Assembly: GCA_034435055.1 (NCBI GenBank)
Contig: DAOTXS010000024.1
Coordinates: 342-64,341 of the forward strand
Origin: Anaerolineae bacterium
GTDB taxonomy: Bacteria > Chloroflexota > Anaerolineae > UBA4142
DNA length: 64,000 nt
Direction: 5' to 3'
Shown here: one piece after another, positions 18,722 to 27,295 of the stretch
How the letters are laid out: each line of letters begins with the position of its first letter
Numbering within the stretch: position 1 is the stretch's first letter
Program-made: the position numbers and the translations under genes
Notes under the pieces: generated by a model
What the model was told of the DNA's origin: nothing
Database searches by the model: none
What the model saw: only the letters and a program-made list of their open reading frames with translations

Positions 18722-20671
18722 TTACCGCAACATCAACCACCCCAGCACCATCACCGTGCCGATAAGCATCAACAACGCGTACGCGCGCGCGTAACCGGTT
18801 TGCCATCCGCGCAGAACGCGGCTGACCGACGCCGTGGCTTGTCCCAGCCCATTCGCAAAACCATCAATGATTTTCACATCCACGGTTTGCCACAAGAACA
18901 TGGCGAGCTTGCCACCCTGTTTGACGAAAATCCAAGCATAGATTTCGTCCACATAGTACTTGTGCCACAGCAAGTTATAGATACTGCTAAATCGCTTTGC
19001 CAAGTTCTTTGGAATTTCCGGACGCAGTTGGTAGAACCAGAACGCCGTTGCAATGCCAAGCAAGCCAACTGCAACCGATGCACCGATTAACATCCATTCC
19101 ATTGATGGCGTGAGATGCAAATCGTGTGGCTTGAACACCGGCTCAAAATATCCTTCAAGGAAATTCGGTCCGATTACTTTGGGCATTCCAACAAAGCCGG
19201 CAATGATCGAGAAGAATGCGAGGATGGCAAGCGGAATCGTCATCACCGCCGGCGATTCGTGGGGATGAAGCGACCGATGGCCGACGACCGATGACAGATG
19301 ATGCTCTGCTTCGGTCTTCGGTCCTCCGTCCTCCGTCCAGCGTGCTTGCGTGCGGAAGGTCAAGAAGAACGCACGGAAAATGTAGAACGCGGTAAGTAAC
19401 GCCGTGAGCAAACCGATTGCCCACAAAATCGTATGACCGGAGCCGAACGCGGCGGCAAGAATTTCGTCTTTGCTGAAAAAGCCGGACAGGAGCGGAAAGC
19501 CGGCAATCGCCAGCGCACCCACACCAAAGGTCGTGTACGTCCACGGCATCACCTTGGACAAGCCCCCCAGTTTCCGCATATCAATGATGCCGTTCATCGC
19601 GTGCATCACACTCCCCGCCGCGAGGAAGAGCAACGCTTTGAAAAAGGCGTGCGTCATCAAATGAAAGATGCCAGCGCCGTACGCCATCACGCCAACCCCT
19701 AGGAACATATAACCGAGTTGCGAAATCGTGGAGTACGCGAGGACGCGCTTCAAATCCATTTGCACGAGCGCAATCGTCGCGGCGAAGAGCGCGGTGAGTC
19801 CACCCGTCCACGCAACGACTTCGGATGAGAACGGCGCGAGTTCGAACAAGACGTGCGAACGCGCCACCATATACACGCCCGCCGTAACCATCGTGGCGGC
19901 GTGGATGAGCGCGCTGACCGGCGTGGGACCCTCCATCGCGTCGGGCAACCAGACGTAGAGCGGGAGTTGCGCCGATTTGCCCACCGCGCCGGCAAAAAGC
20001 AACAGCGTGATGATCGTGATGATTGGTGCGCCGGGCTGGAACCATTCGTGCGCGCTCTCAAACACGTGCACAAAATCGAGCGTGCCGAACGTAACGAAAA
20101 TCAAAATCACACCCAGCCCAAAACCAAAATCGCCGACGCGCGTGGTGATGAAGGCTTTTTTGCCTGCCGCCGCCGCTTCCGGCTTGTGAAACCAGAACGC
20201 GATCAGCAAATACGAGCACAAGCCGACGAGTTCCCAGCCGACGTACATCAGCAAATAGTTATTGCCAAGCACGAGCATCAGCATCGAGAACACAAAGAGG
20301 TTGAGGTACGTAAAGAAGCGACCGTAGCCGTCGTCGTGTTCCATATAGCCGATAGAGTACACGTGGATGAGAAAGCCGACGCCGGTAACAACGAGGAGCA
20401 TCAGCGCGGAGAGCGGATCGAGCAGGAAAGCAACGTCAACTTTGAAGTCGCCGACCGGAACCCACGAATACAACGATACGTTGATGACGCGATGATGCTC
20501 GTCTTGCGCTTGCATTGCCAAGAACATCAAAAGCGACACGATGAATGAAAGCCCAACGGTGCCGCACGCGATTGCGCTGACGAGCCAGCGCGGCATCTTG
20601 CGACTAAAAATTGCGTTGATGGTTGCGCCGGCAAGCGGTAACACCGGCACGAGCCAGAGTAAGTTGGTCAA
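18722..20671 (-). CDS. nuoL: NADH-quinone oxidoreductase subunit L
   Basis: TTG start with AAGGA RBS; GWELVGLCSYLLI, GKSAQLPL..WLPDAMEGPTPVSALIHAATMV, HLMTHAFFKALLF. Confidence 0.97.
   Translation of the reverse strand: MTNLLWLVPVLPLAGATINAIFSRKMPRWLVSAIACGTVGLSFIVSLLMFLAMQAQDEHHRVINVSLYSWVPVGDFKVDVAFLLDPLSALMLLVVTGVGFLIHVYSIGYMEHDDGYGRFFTYLNLFVFSMLMLVLGNNYLLMYVGWELVGLCSYLLIAFWFHKPEAAAAGKKAFITTRVGDFGFGLGVILIFVTFGTLDFVHVFESAHEWFQPGAPIITIITLLLFAGAVGKSAQLPLYVWLPDAMEGPTPVSALIHAATMVTAGVYMVARSHVLFELAPFSSEVVAWTGGLTALFAATIALVQMDLKRVLAYSTISQLGYMFLGVGVMAYGAGIFHLMTHAFFKALLFLAAGSVMHAMNGIIDMRKLGGLSKVMPWTYTTFGVGALAIAGFPLLSGFFSKDEILAAAFGSGHTILWAIGLLTALLTAFYIFRAFFLTFRTQARWTEDGGPKTEAEHHLSSVVGHRSLHPHESPAVMTIPLAILAFFSIIAGFVGMPKVIGPNFLEGYFEPVFKPHDLHLTPSMEWMLIGASVAVGLLGIATAFWFYQLRPEIPKNLAKRFSSIYNLLWHKYYVDEIYAWIFVKQGGKLAMFLWQTVDVKIIDGFANGLGQATASVSRVLRGWQTGYARAYALLMLIGTVMVLGWLMLR
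19272..19338. repeat. Inverted heptamer array in frame within nuoL
   Basis: GACCGAT GGCCGAC GACCGAT GACAGAT - spacer - TCGGTCT TCGGTCC TCCGTCC TCCGTCC. Confidence 0.75.
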
Positions 20672-20710
20672 GTGTTAGTTCCTTGATGATATCAATTACA
20701 TCGAAATATG

Positions 20711-21361
20711 TTATAAGCTGAGAATACTTTTTATGGAGCAATATTTGATTGCTTCAGGAACTTGAATCACAATGGGTGTGATCTCCGCGCTTCCTATTGG
20801 TTGCCAAACTCCTCTTACCTCTTTCTGATTTCCAAAATTCTTCCATTGTTTCAGAACTGCAGGATGTGTGTTAGCTAAAGGAGAGTTAATATCTATGCCA
20901 TCATCGGACTCGTAATAATTGACCGCCCCAAATCCCAAGAATATCGCTTGTTTAGATAGTACCCTCGTAATCGCAGCGAAGAATAATTCGGCCGCTGTTA
21001 TTTTATAGCATGCATCATAGTGTTCTTGATTGAACCAAGCTTTATGAAGATCCTTGCTATATTCGACAGATGCGCAAAACACATACAAATTTGGGCACTC
21101 TATTCGAATGTCTTCAAAACTGCAATCAGTGATCGTAACATTACCTTGGAATAATGAGCTTAACACGCTATTTCTTCGCACGTCTTCAGGGCCTGCGTGC
21201 TTTACATGCCCATGCGCTTTCTTGATTCCTTCCATATCATCTGATACCATCCGCCCAAGACTGGAATCGTCGCGGTAACTGTAAAGCGTTCCAATCCGAA
21301 GCGACCCATCGGCAAAGAAATTATCAAGATATTTCTTCTCGGTGTACTTGTATAGCCTCAT
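20711..21361 (-). CDS. AT-rich hypothetical protein (possible DUF2971/ART-like)
   Basis: MRLYKY..LRIGTL..YVFCAS..KQWKNFGNQKEVR; visibly AT-richer than neighbours; alternative start 21382. Confidence 0.7.
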   Translation of the reverse strand: MRLYKYTEKKYLDNFFADGSLRIGTLYSYRDDSSLGRMVSDDMEGIKKAHGHVKHAGPEDVRRNSVLSSLFQGNVTITDCSFEDIRIECPNLYVFCASVEYSKDLHKAWFNQEHYDACYKITAAELFFAAITRVLSKQAIFLGFGAVNYYESDDGIDINSPLANTHPAVLKQWKNFGNQKEVRGVWQPIGSAEITPIVIQVPEAIKYCSIKSILSL

Positions 21362-21465
21362 CTGCTCACCCATGCACACCATTCGTTCAAACGAACTACT
21401 TTCAATCTTAAAACCAGCGGGGGGCTTGCCGGTTAATAGTCGGCGGATTTTTCCGGTGGCGTCAC

Positions 21466-21843
21466 CTACCTTCTCGCCCCAATCTGCAAAAACATCGGGC
21501 TAAAGTACGGAATCAACCAGATGAACCAAACGACCACACTAAATTTGTGAAAGTTCTTGATCCACTTTTCGTCTTGGCGCACCAACACAATCGTCGCCCA
21601 AACGGCGTGGATGAACATCAAAAGAATTGCAATCACGCCGGTGATGCCGTGAATATCAAAAGTCAACCCGCCCGCCATCTCCATCATCAAGCCAGTACCC
21701 CAGGTATCGCAGACAAGTCCGAGCCAAAAGAAAACCAGATGCCACGTCTTGAGCCGACCCTGGAATCGCTCGCTCCACACGCCAATCGAGTAAAAGATCA
21801 ACGCCGAGGTGATGATGATAAATGGTGCAGTTGCGCCGGTCAT
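21466..21843 (-). CDS. HsmA-family small membrane protein
   Basis: ALIFYSIGVW, CDTWGT, HGITG..AILLM..HAVWA; four TM helices. Confidence 0.75.
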   Translation of the reverse strand: MTGATAPFIIITSALIFYSIGVWSERFQGRLKTWHLVFFWLGLVCDTWGTGLMMEMAGGLTFDIHGITGVIAILLMFIHAVWATIVLVRQDEKWIKNFHKFSVVVWFIWLIPYFSPMFLQIGARR

Positions 21844-21856
21844 TCAATCGACTCTA

Positions 21857-22402
21857 TCAAACCCGGACAATCTCGCTGATCTGCACGGGCGTCGTGAGAA
21901 TCTGGCCGTTCGTGGGCAACTGCTGAATCTGGCGCACAACATCCATCCCGCTGATCACTTGACCAAACGCCGCAAATCCTTGCCCATCCGGATTCCGCTT
22001 GCCGCCAAAATCCAATTCCGGCTGATCTTCGATGCAAATAAAAAATTCCGACGACGCGCTGCCGGGCTTGAGCCGCGCCATCGAGACCGTTCCATCTTTG
22101 TGCCGAATGCCGGTCTTGTCATTTGTTTCGTGTGCGATGGGCGGCAACCGGTTTGCCGGCTCGCGCATTCCCAGTTCGACCATACCTAGCCCGCCCTGAA
22201 TCACCTGAATCTTCACCGCATCATTCGGCTGATTATCCAAACGCACGACGCGATAGAACGATGAACTTGCATAGCGATTCTCGTCGACATATCGCAGAAA
22301 ATTCGCGGCGGTGATCGGCGCGCGATCGTTATACACTTGAACGGTAATATCGCCATATTCAGTTCGAATCAAGACCATCGGATTCTGCGCCACCAAATTC
22401 AC
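21857..22402 (-). CDS. Cyclophilin-type peptidyl-prolyl isomerase
   Basis: APITAANFLRYV, FYRVV, IQGG, GTVSMAR, SEFFI, AAFGQVISGMDVV. Confidence 0.93.
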   Translation of the reverse strand: MNLVAQNPMVLIRTEYGDITVQVYNDRAPITAANFLRYVDENRYASSSFYRVVRLDNQPNDAVKIQVIQGGLGMVELGMREPANRLPPIAHETNDKTGIRHKDGTVSMARLKPGSASSEFFICIEDQPELDFGGKRNPDGQGFAAFGQVISGMDVVRQIQQLPTNGQILTTPVQISEIVRV

Positions 22403-22416
22403 CTTTTCAAACGATA

Positions 22417-23034
22417 CTATTCCGCATGCAACGCGATGCGATATTTACACACGGCGTCGCCTTTGGCACAACACGCGATTTCTTCGACAGCAAAATTATC
22501 ATCGTCCAGCGCCCACGCGATCATCCCGCCGATGAAACCAACCGTCGTGTGGCACACCGGCTTGTCACTCTGCCAATCGATGCAGTTACCGCAATGCGGG
22601 TCTTCCCAATAAAAGTACTCACCTTCTTCAGAAAATTTAATCTGCGTGTTCAATTGGTGGCTGTACTCGCGCGCGACCGTATCCATTCCCAGTTTCACTT
22701 TGGCGCGGCGCGGCAAGAATTTCATCGCGATGCGCGTTGCAGTGGCGAGCGCGGCGTTTTCTTCCAACGCATTCAACGCGCGTTGTTTGCCGGCGCGCCG
22801 TAAAATCGCTTTCGCGCCGCGCGCGCCGTACACCTCGAACAAGGCGTGATTGACCTGGCTCATATAGCGCAGTTTGTGACCGCCGTGTTCGGTGTTGCTT
22901 GGCGGAAAATTGTTGATGTATTGAGGCAAGCCGGCTTGCCGGAGAATCGCGTCCGTGCCGTGTTTGCCCACAACATCTTCAACCGCGAGGAGAATGACGC
23001 GAAACGCTTTGTTGACCAGTTCCGCTTCGCTCAT
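22417..23034 (-). CDS. Stand-alone V4R-domain protein
   Basis: C-terminal CGNC..VCH..GFI..VEEIACCAKGDAVCKY. Confidence 0.8.
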   Translation of the reverse strand: MSEAELVNKAFRVILLAVEDVVGKHGTDAILRQAGLPQYINNFPPSNTEHGGHKLRYMSQVNHALFEVYGARGAKAILRRAGKQRALNALEENAALATATRIAMKFLPRRAKVKLGMDTVAREYSHQLNTQIKFSEEGEYFYWEDPHCGNCIDWQSDKPVCHTTVGFIGGMIAWALDDDNFAVEEIACCAKGDAVCKYRIALHAE

Positions 23035-23037
23035 CGC

Positions 23038-23337
23038 TTAGCCCTTCAACCCGCTGATTTCATCGACATCGACAGTTTCGCGCGCGCGGAAAATCGCGAC
23101 GATGATTGCCAGCCCGACGGTAACTTCGGCGGCGGCGACGGCGAGAATCAAAAAGACAAACACTTGCCCGTCGAGAACCTGAAGGAAACGCGAAAACGCG
23201 ACGAACGCGAGATTAACCGCATTCAGCATCAACTCAATACTTATGAACATGATGAGTGGATTGCGACGCACCAGCATCCCAACCGTACCGATGCTGAACA
23301 GAATTGCGCTGAGAATGATAAAGTGATTAACGCCCAT
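23038..23337 (-). CDS. nuoK: NADH-quinone oxidoreductase subunit K
   Basis: [28 protein letters not shown]. Confidence 0.96.
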   Translation of the reverse strand: MGVNHFIILSAILFSIGTVGMLVRRNPLIMFISIELMLNAVNLAFVAFSRFLQVLDGQVFVFLILAVAAAEVTVGLAIIVAIFRARETVDVDEISGLKG

Positions 23338-23343
23338 AAACGA

Positions 23344-23401
23344 GTTCCAAGTTCAAGGTTCAAGGTTTGACCTTGAACCTGAAACTTTGAACCTTTAACC
23401 T
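23344..23401. repeat. Inverted heptamer array (CAAGGTT/TGAACCT) between nuoJ and nuoK
   Basis: CCAAGTT CAAGGTT CAAGGTT TGACCT TGAACCT GAAACTT TGAACCT TTAACCT. Confidence 0.8.
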
Positions 23402-23907
23402 TTCTTCGGTTTCTTTGCCAGCACGATTACGCCGACCATCGCCACGAGTAGCAAGAGCGAGGTGATTTCAAATGGCAGCAAGAAATCGGTGAAGAGCAAC
23501 GCGCCGACCGCTTGCGTACTGCCAATCTCGGCGATGGTTTCCGGCGAGAACATCCCACGTGCCGGCGGCAGAACTGCAATCGCCAACACGGCAACCAACT
23601 CGGTGACGAGTGCCAGTCCGAAAATGATCGCCAGCGGTCGTTGGCGTTTCAACGCGCCCGCGCCTTGATCGATGCCAGGACTGAGCATCATAATCACGAA
23701 CACGAACAGGATCAGGATCGCGCCAGCATAAATCATCACTTGCGCCACGGCGATGAATGGCGCGCTCAAAAGTACGTACAACGCCGCGAGCGAAACGAAT
23801 ACGACGGCGAGACACAGTGCGGAGTACACCGCGCTGCGCACCGCCACCACGCCAAGCGCGGCGATTATTGCCAAGCCAGCAAAAACGTAAAAGACGATAA
23901 GGTCCAT
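23395..23907 (-). CDS. nuoJ: NADH-quinone oxidoreductase subunit J
   Basis: AVYSALCL, QVMIYAGAILILFVFVIMML, LPFEITSLLLLVAMVG. Confidence 0.95.
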   Translation of the reverse strand: MDLIVFYVFAGLAIIAALGVVAVRSAVYSALCLAVVFVSLAALYVLLSAPFIAVAQVMIYAGAILILFVFVIMMLSPGIDQGAGALKRQRPLAIIFGLALVTELVAVLAIAVLPPARGMFSPETIAEIGSTQAVGALLFTDFLLPFEITSLLLLVAMVGVIVLAKKPKKG

Positions 23908-23927
23908 TGAGAATCCAAATAATGATC

Positions 23928-24009
23928 TGTCATTGCGAGGAGGCGGTTTGCGCCGACGAAGCAATCTTTAAGTAACTTGAGAGATTGCTTCGCTCCGCTC
24001 GCAATGACA
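23928..24009. repeat. REP-like palindromic element (GTCATTGCGAG family) copy 2
   Basis: TGTCATTGCGAG..GAAGCAATCT..AGATTGCTTC..CTCGCAATGACA. Confidence 0.85.
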
Positions 24010-24053
24010 AAGCGGATTTGGCACGTTCCTCATTGCGACAGGCTTGATGCCTG

Positions 24054-24539
24054 TCATTTCTTCAACTCACGAATCTTTTCGTTGATTTCCTTACAATGCG
24101 ACGTCTCGTGATTGTAAATCACCACCAGCAAATCCTTGAGCGGAATTTCGCCGGCAATTGGATGTTCGCCGCGCAGATCAAGTTGTTGCAAGGTAACGCT
24201 GTCCAAGAACGCAATCAACTCCTGGTGCGCCGCATCGAGTTCTTTGCGCACGTCCGCAAACGACATCGTTTTGCGTTTGGCAACCTGCCGCGCGTTATAG
24301 ACATCGTTGTTATAATCGTCGGGCAGTTGCGGGTCTTCGCCCGTGGCAAAACGTTGTGCCATCCGTGTCATCCCGCGCTTGGCGCCGACGAGGTGCGCGA
24401 TCTGATCTTTGATCGACCATTCCGGCGTAATCATCAGCGTTGTGGCTTGGTCTTCGCTCAATTGATCGAGCGTCCGCGTCATCATCGCGCACGCTTCATT
24501 CAATTTCGCCGCAATTGGTTCGAGTTCTTTGAGCATCAT
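24054..24539 (-). CDS. DinB/YfiT-family protein
   Basis: WSIKDQIAHL and HETSH His ligands. Confidence 0.85.
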   Translation of the reverse strand: MMLKELEPIAAKLNEACAMMTRTLDQLSEDQATTLMITPEWSIKDQIAHLVGAKRGMTRMAQRFATGEDPQLPDDYNNDVYNARQVAKRKTMSFADVRKELDAAHQELIAFLDSVTLQQLDLRGEHPIAGEIPLKDLLVVIYNHETSHCKEINEKIRELKK

Positions 24540-24548
24540 CACCCTCTT

Positions 24549-24600
24549 GTAGGGGCGACGCTGCGTGGTCGCCCGGGCGACCACGCAGGGTCGCCTCTAC
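24549..24600. repeat. REP doublet (REPIN), RAYT-type
   Basis: GTAG-GGGCGACGCTGCGTGGTCGCCC followed by its inverted copy ending CTAC; supplies the nuoH TAG. Confidence 0.85.
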
Positions 24601-25613
24601 CGATTCAACACCACCATCACAATTGCCGTGATAAAAATGTTAGCCAGCGCGAGCGGCAATATCACCTTCCAACCCAAACGCATCAATTGATCGTAACGAA
24701 ACCGCGGGAGCGTACTCCGCACCCACATCAAAATGAAAATGAAAAACGCAATCTTGAGCAAGAGCCACCACACGCCGGGGAACAATCCAAACGGTCCTTG
24801 ATAGCCGCCCAGGAACAGCGTCGCCGCAATCGCGCTGACGGTGATCATGTTGATGTACTCTGCCATATAAAATAACGCGAACTTGAGCGACGAATATTCC
24901 GTCTGATACCCGGCGACGAGTTCCGTCTCCGCTTCCGGCAAATCGAACGGCAGACGATTGATTTCCGCGGTTGCCGCAACGATGTACAGAATAAAGCCAA
25001 GGGGTTGCCACACGACGTTCCACATCGTCGATTGCTTGGCAGTAATATCGACGAGACTCAGCGAGCCAGTGATCATCAACACGCCGACGAGCGACAGTCC
25101 CAACGAGACTTCGTACGAAATCATTTGCGCGGTCGAACGCAACGCGCCGAACATCGAGTACTTGTTGTTCGACCCCCAGCCGCCCAGCACAATGCCGTAC
25201 ACGCCGAGCGAACCCATCGCTAACAAATAGAGCAGCGCAATGTTGACATCGGCGATGTAGAAATCGATTTTGTAATCAAAGAGCGTCGTCGTTGGGTGAA
25301 GCGGAATCACCGCCCACGCGAGCAACGCCGTGGCGACCGCGATGCCGGGCGCAATCGTGTACGTGATCTTGTCGGCGGCGGAGGGCCAAATATCTTCCTT
25401 GAAAATCATCTTAATCGCGTCGGCAATCGGTTGCAGCCACGCGATCCCGCCGAATGCGCCAACGCGATTCGGTCCCACGCGCGCTTGGATGCGCGCGGCG
25501 ACGTACCGTTCCACGAGCGTGAGGTACGCAAACGCGCCCAACAACGCGACGATGACGATAATCGATTTGATGCCCGCGTCGAGAATGGTGATGACTAATG
25601 GATCGAGATTCAC
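24597..25613 (-). CDS. nuoH: NADH-quinone oxidoreductase subunit H
   Basis: ERYVAARIQARVGPN, QPIADAIK, SYEV, RLPFDLPEAETELVAGY, RFRYDQLM. Confidence 0.97.
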   Translation of the reverse strand: MNLDPLVITILDAGIKSIIVIVALLGAFAYLTLVERYVAARIQARVGPNRVGAFGGIAWLQPIADAIKMIFKEDIWPSAADKITYTIAPGIAVATALLAWAVIPLHPTTTLFDYKIDFYIADVNIALLYLLAMGSLGVYGIVLGGWGSNNKYSMFGALRSTAQMISYEVSLGLSLVGVLMITGSLSLVDITAKQSTMWNVVWQPLGFILYIVAATAEINRLPFDLPEAETELVAGYQTEYSSLKFALFYMAEYINMITVSAIAATLFLGGYQGPFGLFPGVWWLLLKIAFFIFILMWVRSTLPRFRYDQLMRLGWKVILPLALANIFITAIVMVVLNR

Positions 25614-25618
25614 CCCGC

Positions 25619-26092
25619 CTAGTCCTTTTGCAACTGTTCGATGATTTCATCCAACTTGGCGTTCGTCAAGTCCTGCGCGTGCTTTTCGCCGTCGATCAAC
25701 ATCACCGGCGCATGATCGCATCCGCCGAGACATTCGGCGGCTTGCAGCGTGACGGCACCATCGGCGGAAGTTTGCCCGGCTTGGCAGCCCAGTTTCTGCT
25801 CGAGATGTTCTAGCATTTCATCTGCGCCGCGCAACGCGCACGGCAAATCGGTGCAGAACATGATCGTGTGCTTGCCCGGTTTCTCACGCGCGTACATCGT
25901 ATAAAACGTTGCCACGCCGTTCACTTCGGTTTTCGACAAGCCGAGCAAATCGCCGATTTCTTGGATGGCTTCGTCCGGCAACCACCCCACCTCGCGTTGG
26001 ACAAGATGCAACGCCGGCATCACTGCCGAGCGTTTGTCCGGGTACTTGGTGGTGAGTTTTTGAATTTCAGTCTTTACGTCTTTGGAAAGCAC
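25619..26092 (-). CDS. nuoE: NADH-quinone oxidoreductase subunit E ([2Fe-2S])
   Basis: SAVMPALHLVQ, VATFYTMY, CTDLPC and CLGGC; GTG start with G-rich RBS. Confidence 0.9.
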   Translation of the reverse strand: MLSKDVKTEIQKLTTKYPDKRSAVMPALHLVQREVGWLPDEAIQEIGDLLGLSKTEVNGVATFYTMYAREKPGKHTIMFCTDLPCALRGADEMLEHLEQKLGCQAGQTSADGAVTLQAAECLGGCDHAPVMLIDGEKHAQDLTNAKLDEIIEQLQKD

Positions 26093-26143
26093 TGTTCCCC
26101 CCAGTGGAAAAGTCGAACATCGGAAATTCCTCAAAATCTATTT

Positions 26144-26613
26144 GCCGCAGAATCACGCAGAAAATTTATCACTTGGATTTGGCAAGTCGCTTGAATTCGC
26201 ATTTCTGCTCACCAAAGTTCAACAATAACCCCACCTGAATTCCAGTTGCCTTCAAATAGTTCAACAATTGTGCTTCGTGTTTGGAATTGTATTCCTTTTC
26301 TGCTTTGAGTTCGACGATTACCTTGCCGTCGACGAACAAATCAGCAGTGTAGTGTCCAACCAGCGTGCCTTTGTAACGAACGGAAATATCAGGTTGTCGC
26401 TCGACGGCAATACCTCGAGATTTCAGTTCGACCAACAGCGCATTCTCATAAACTTTTTCCAGAAATCCATAACCTAATACTTTCCAAACTTCAAATGCCG
26501 CGCCGATGATTTCTTTGGTTAACTCTCCATACAAAAAATCATTCATGTATTTTCCTGCAGATTTTGCCCGGCGGGTTACTTTTCTTCTGCGTTTTTCTGC
26601 GTGAATCTGCGGC
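26144..26613. mobile_element. Putative GxxExxY mini-element bounded by 21-bp inverted repeats
   Basis: GCCGCAGAATCACGCAGAAAA (26144-26164) and TTTTCTGCGTGAATCTGCGGC (26593-26613), 1 mismatch. Confidence 0.65.
26169..26546 (-). CDS. GxxExxY protein (PD-(D/E)XK nuclease fold)
   Basis: GYGFLEKVY motif, ADLFVDGKVIVELKA, AQLLNYL, GLLLNFG. Confidence 0.94.
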   Translation of the reverse strand: MNDFLYGELTKEIIGAAFEVWKVLGYGFLEKVYENALLVELKSRGIAVERQPDISVRYKGTLVGHYTADLFVDGKVIVELKAEKEYNSKHEAQLLNYLKATGIQVGLLLNFGEQKCEFKRLAKSK

Positions 26614-26620
26614 TAATTGT

Positions 26621-26977
26621 CTAATCCCAGTCGAAACCGCCTTTGCGCCAGATGTAGACATAGCCCACCAAAAGAATCGCGATGAAAATTGCCATCTCGA
26701 TCAACCCGAACAGTCCCAGTTGATTGAACAAGACTGCCCAGGGGTAAAAGAAAATGATCTCGATGTCGAAGAGGATAAAGAGAACGGCGGTCAAATAGTA
26801 CTTGATGGAAATTCTGCGGCGCGCGGAACCAAACGGCGGCATGCCCGATTCGTAGGGCGATAACTTGGCGGAATTGGGTTTGCGAGGACCAGTGATGAAG
26901 GAGAAAACCAACGCGATTGCCGCAAACGCTACGGCAATGATGATCATCACGAGGATGGGTAAATAGTCTATCGGCAT
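26621..26977 (-). CDS. nuoA: NADH-quinone oxidoreductase subunit A
   Basis: PYESG, FILFDIE..FFYPWA, WRKGGFDW. Confidence 0.97.
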   Translation of the reverse strand: MPIDYLPILVMIIIAVAFAAIALVFSFITGPRKPNSAKLSPYESGMPPFGSARRRISIKYYLTAVLFILFDIEIIFFYPWAVLFNQLGLFGLIEMAIFIAILLVGYVYIWRKGGFDWD

Positions 26978-27016
26978 TGAAGACCTGATGAGAACGGGAT
27001 CGAAATAACTTTATGA

Positions 27017-27045
27017 ATCATATTACATTTCGCGCAACTTGTCAA
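27017..27045 (-). promoter_or_regulatory. sigma70-type promoter of nuoA
   Basis: TTGACA (27045-27040) - 17 nt - TATGAT (27022-27017). Confidence 0.75.
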
Positions 27046-27076
27046 AAAAAAGACGCGCAGTTCCTCACCGCGCGTC
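27044..27076 (-). terminator. Intrinsic terminator of copper operon
   Basis: GACGCGC/GCGCGTC stem plus 8 T on minus strand; T-run overlaps the nuoA -35. Confidence 0.75.
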
Positions 27077-27084
27077 GAGCAGTG

Positions 27085-27273
27085 CTAATGATCGTGTCCG
27101 TGATCGGGCATATGCATCATCGGTCCGTTTTTCAAAAACTTTTCCGGGTCTTTTTGAAACGCGACCTGACAGCCCTTGGCGCAGAAATAGTACGTGGTGC
27201 CTTGATAGTCCCACTTCCATTTGGCAGTACTTTCCTCCACCATCATCCCGCACACCGGGTCTTTGTGTTGCAT
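27085..27273 (-). CDS. YHS-domain protein
   Basis: KDPVCGM..YQGTTYYFCAKGC..FQKDPEKF, His-rich tail; AAGGAGG RBS. Confidence 0.92.
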   Translation of the reverse strand: MQHKDPVCGMMVEESTAKWKWDYQGTTYYFCAKGCQVAFQKDPEKFLKNGPMMHMPDHGHDH

Positions 27274-27295
27274 CTGCAATCCTCCTTTTGGATTT

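Noticed and set aside
27011-27028. Rex-like box TTATGAA-TCAT-ATTACAT over the nuoA -10
   Set aside because: Only 10 of 14 matches to TTGTGAA-N4-TTCACAA, too weak in AT-rich promoter DNA.
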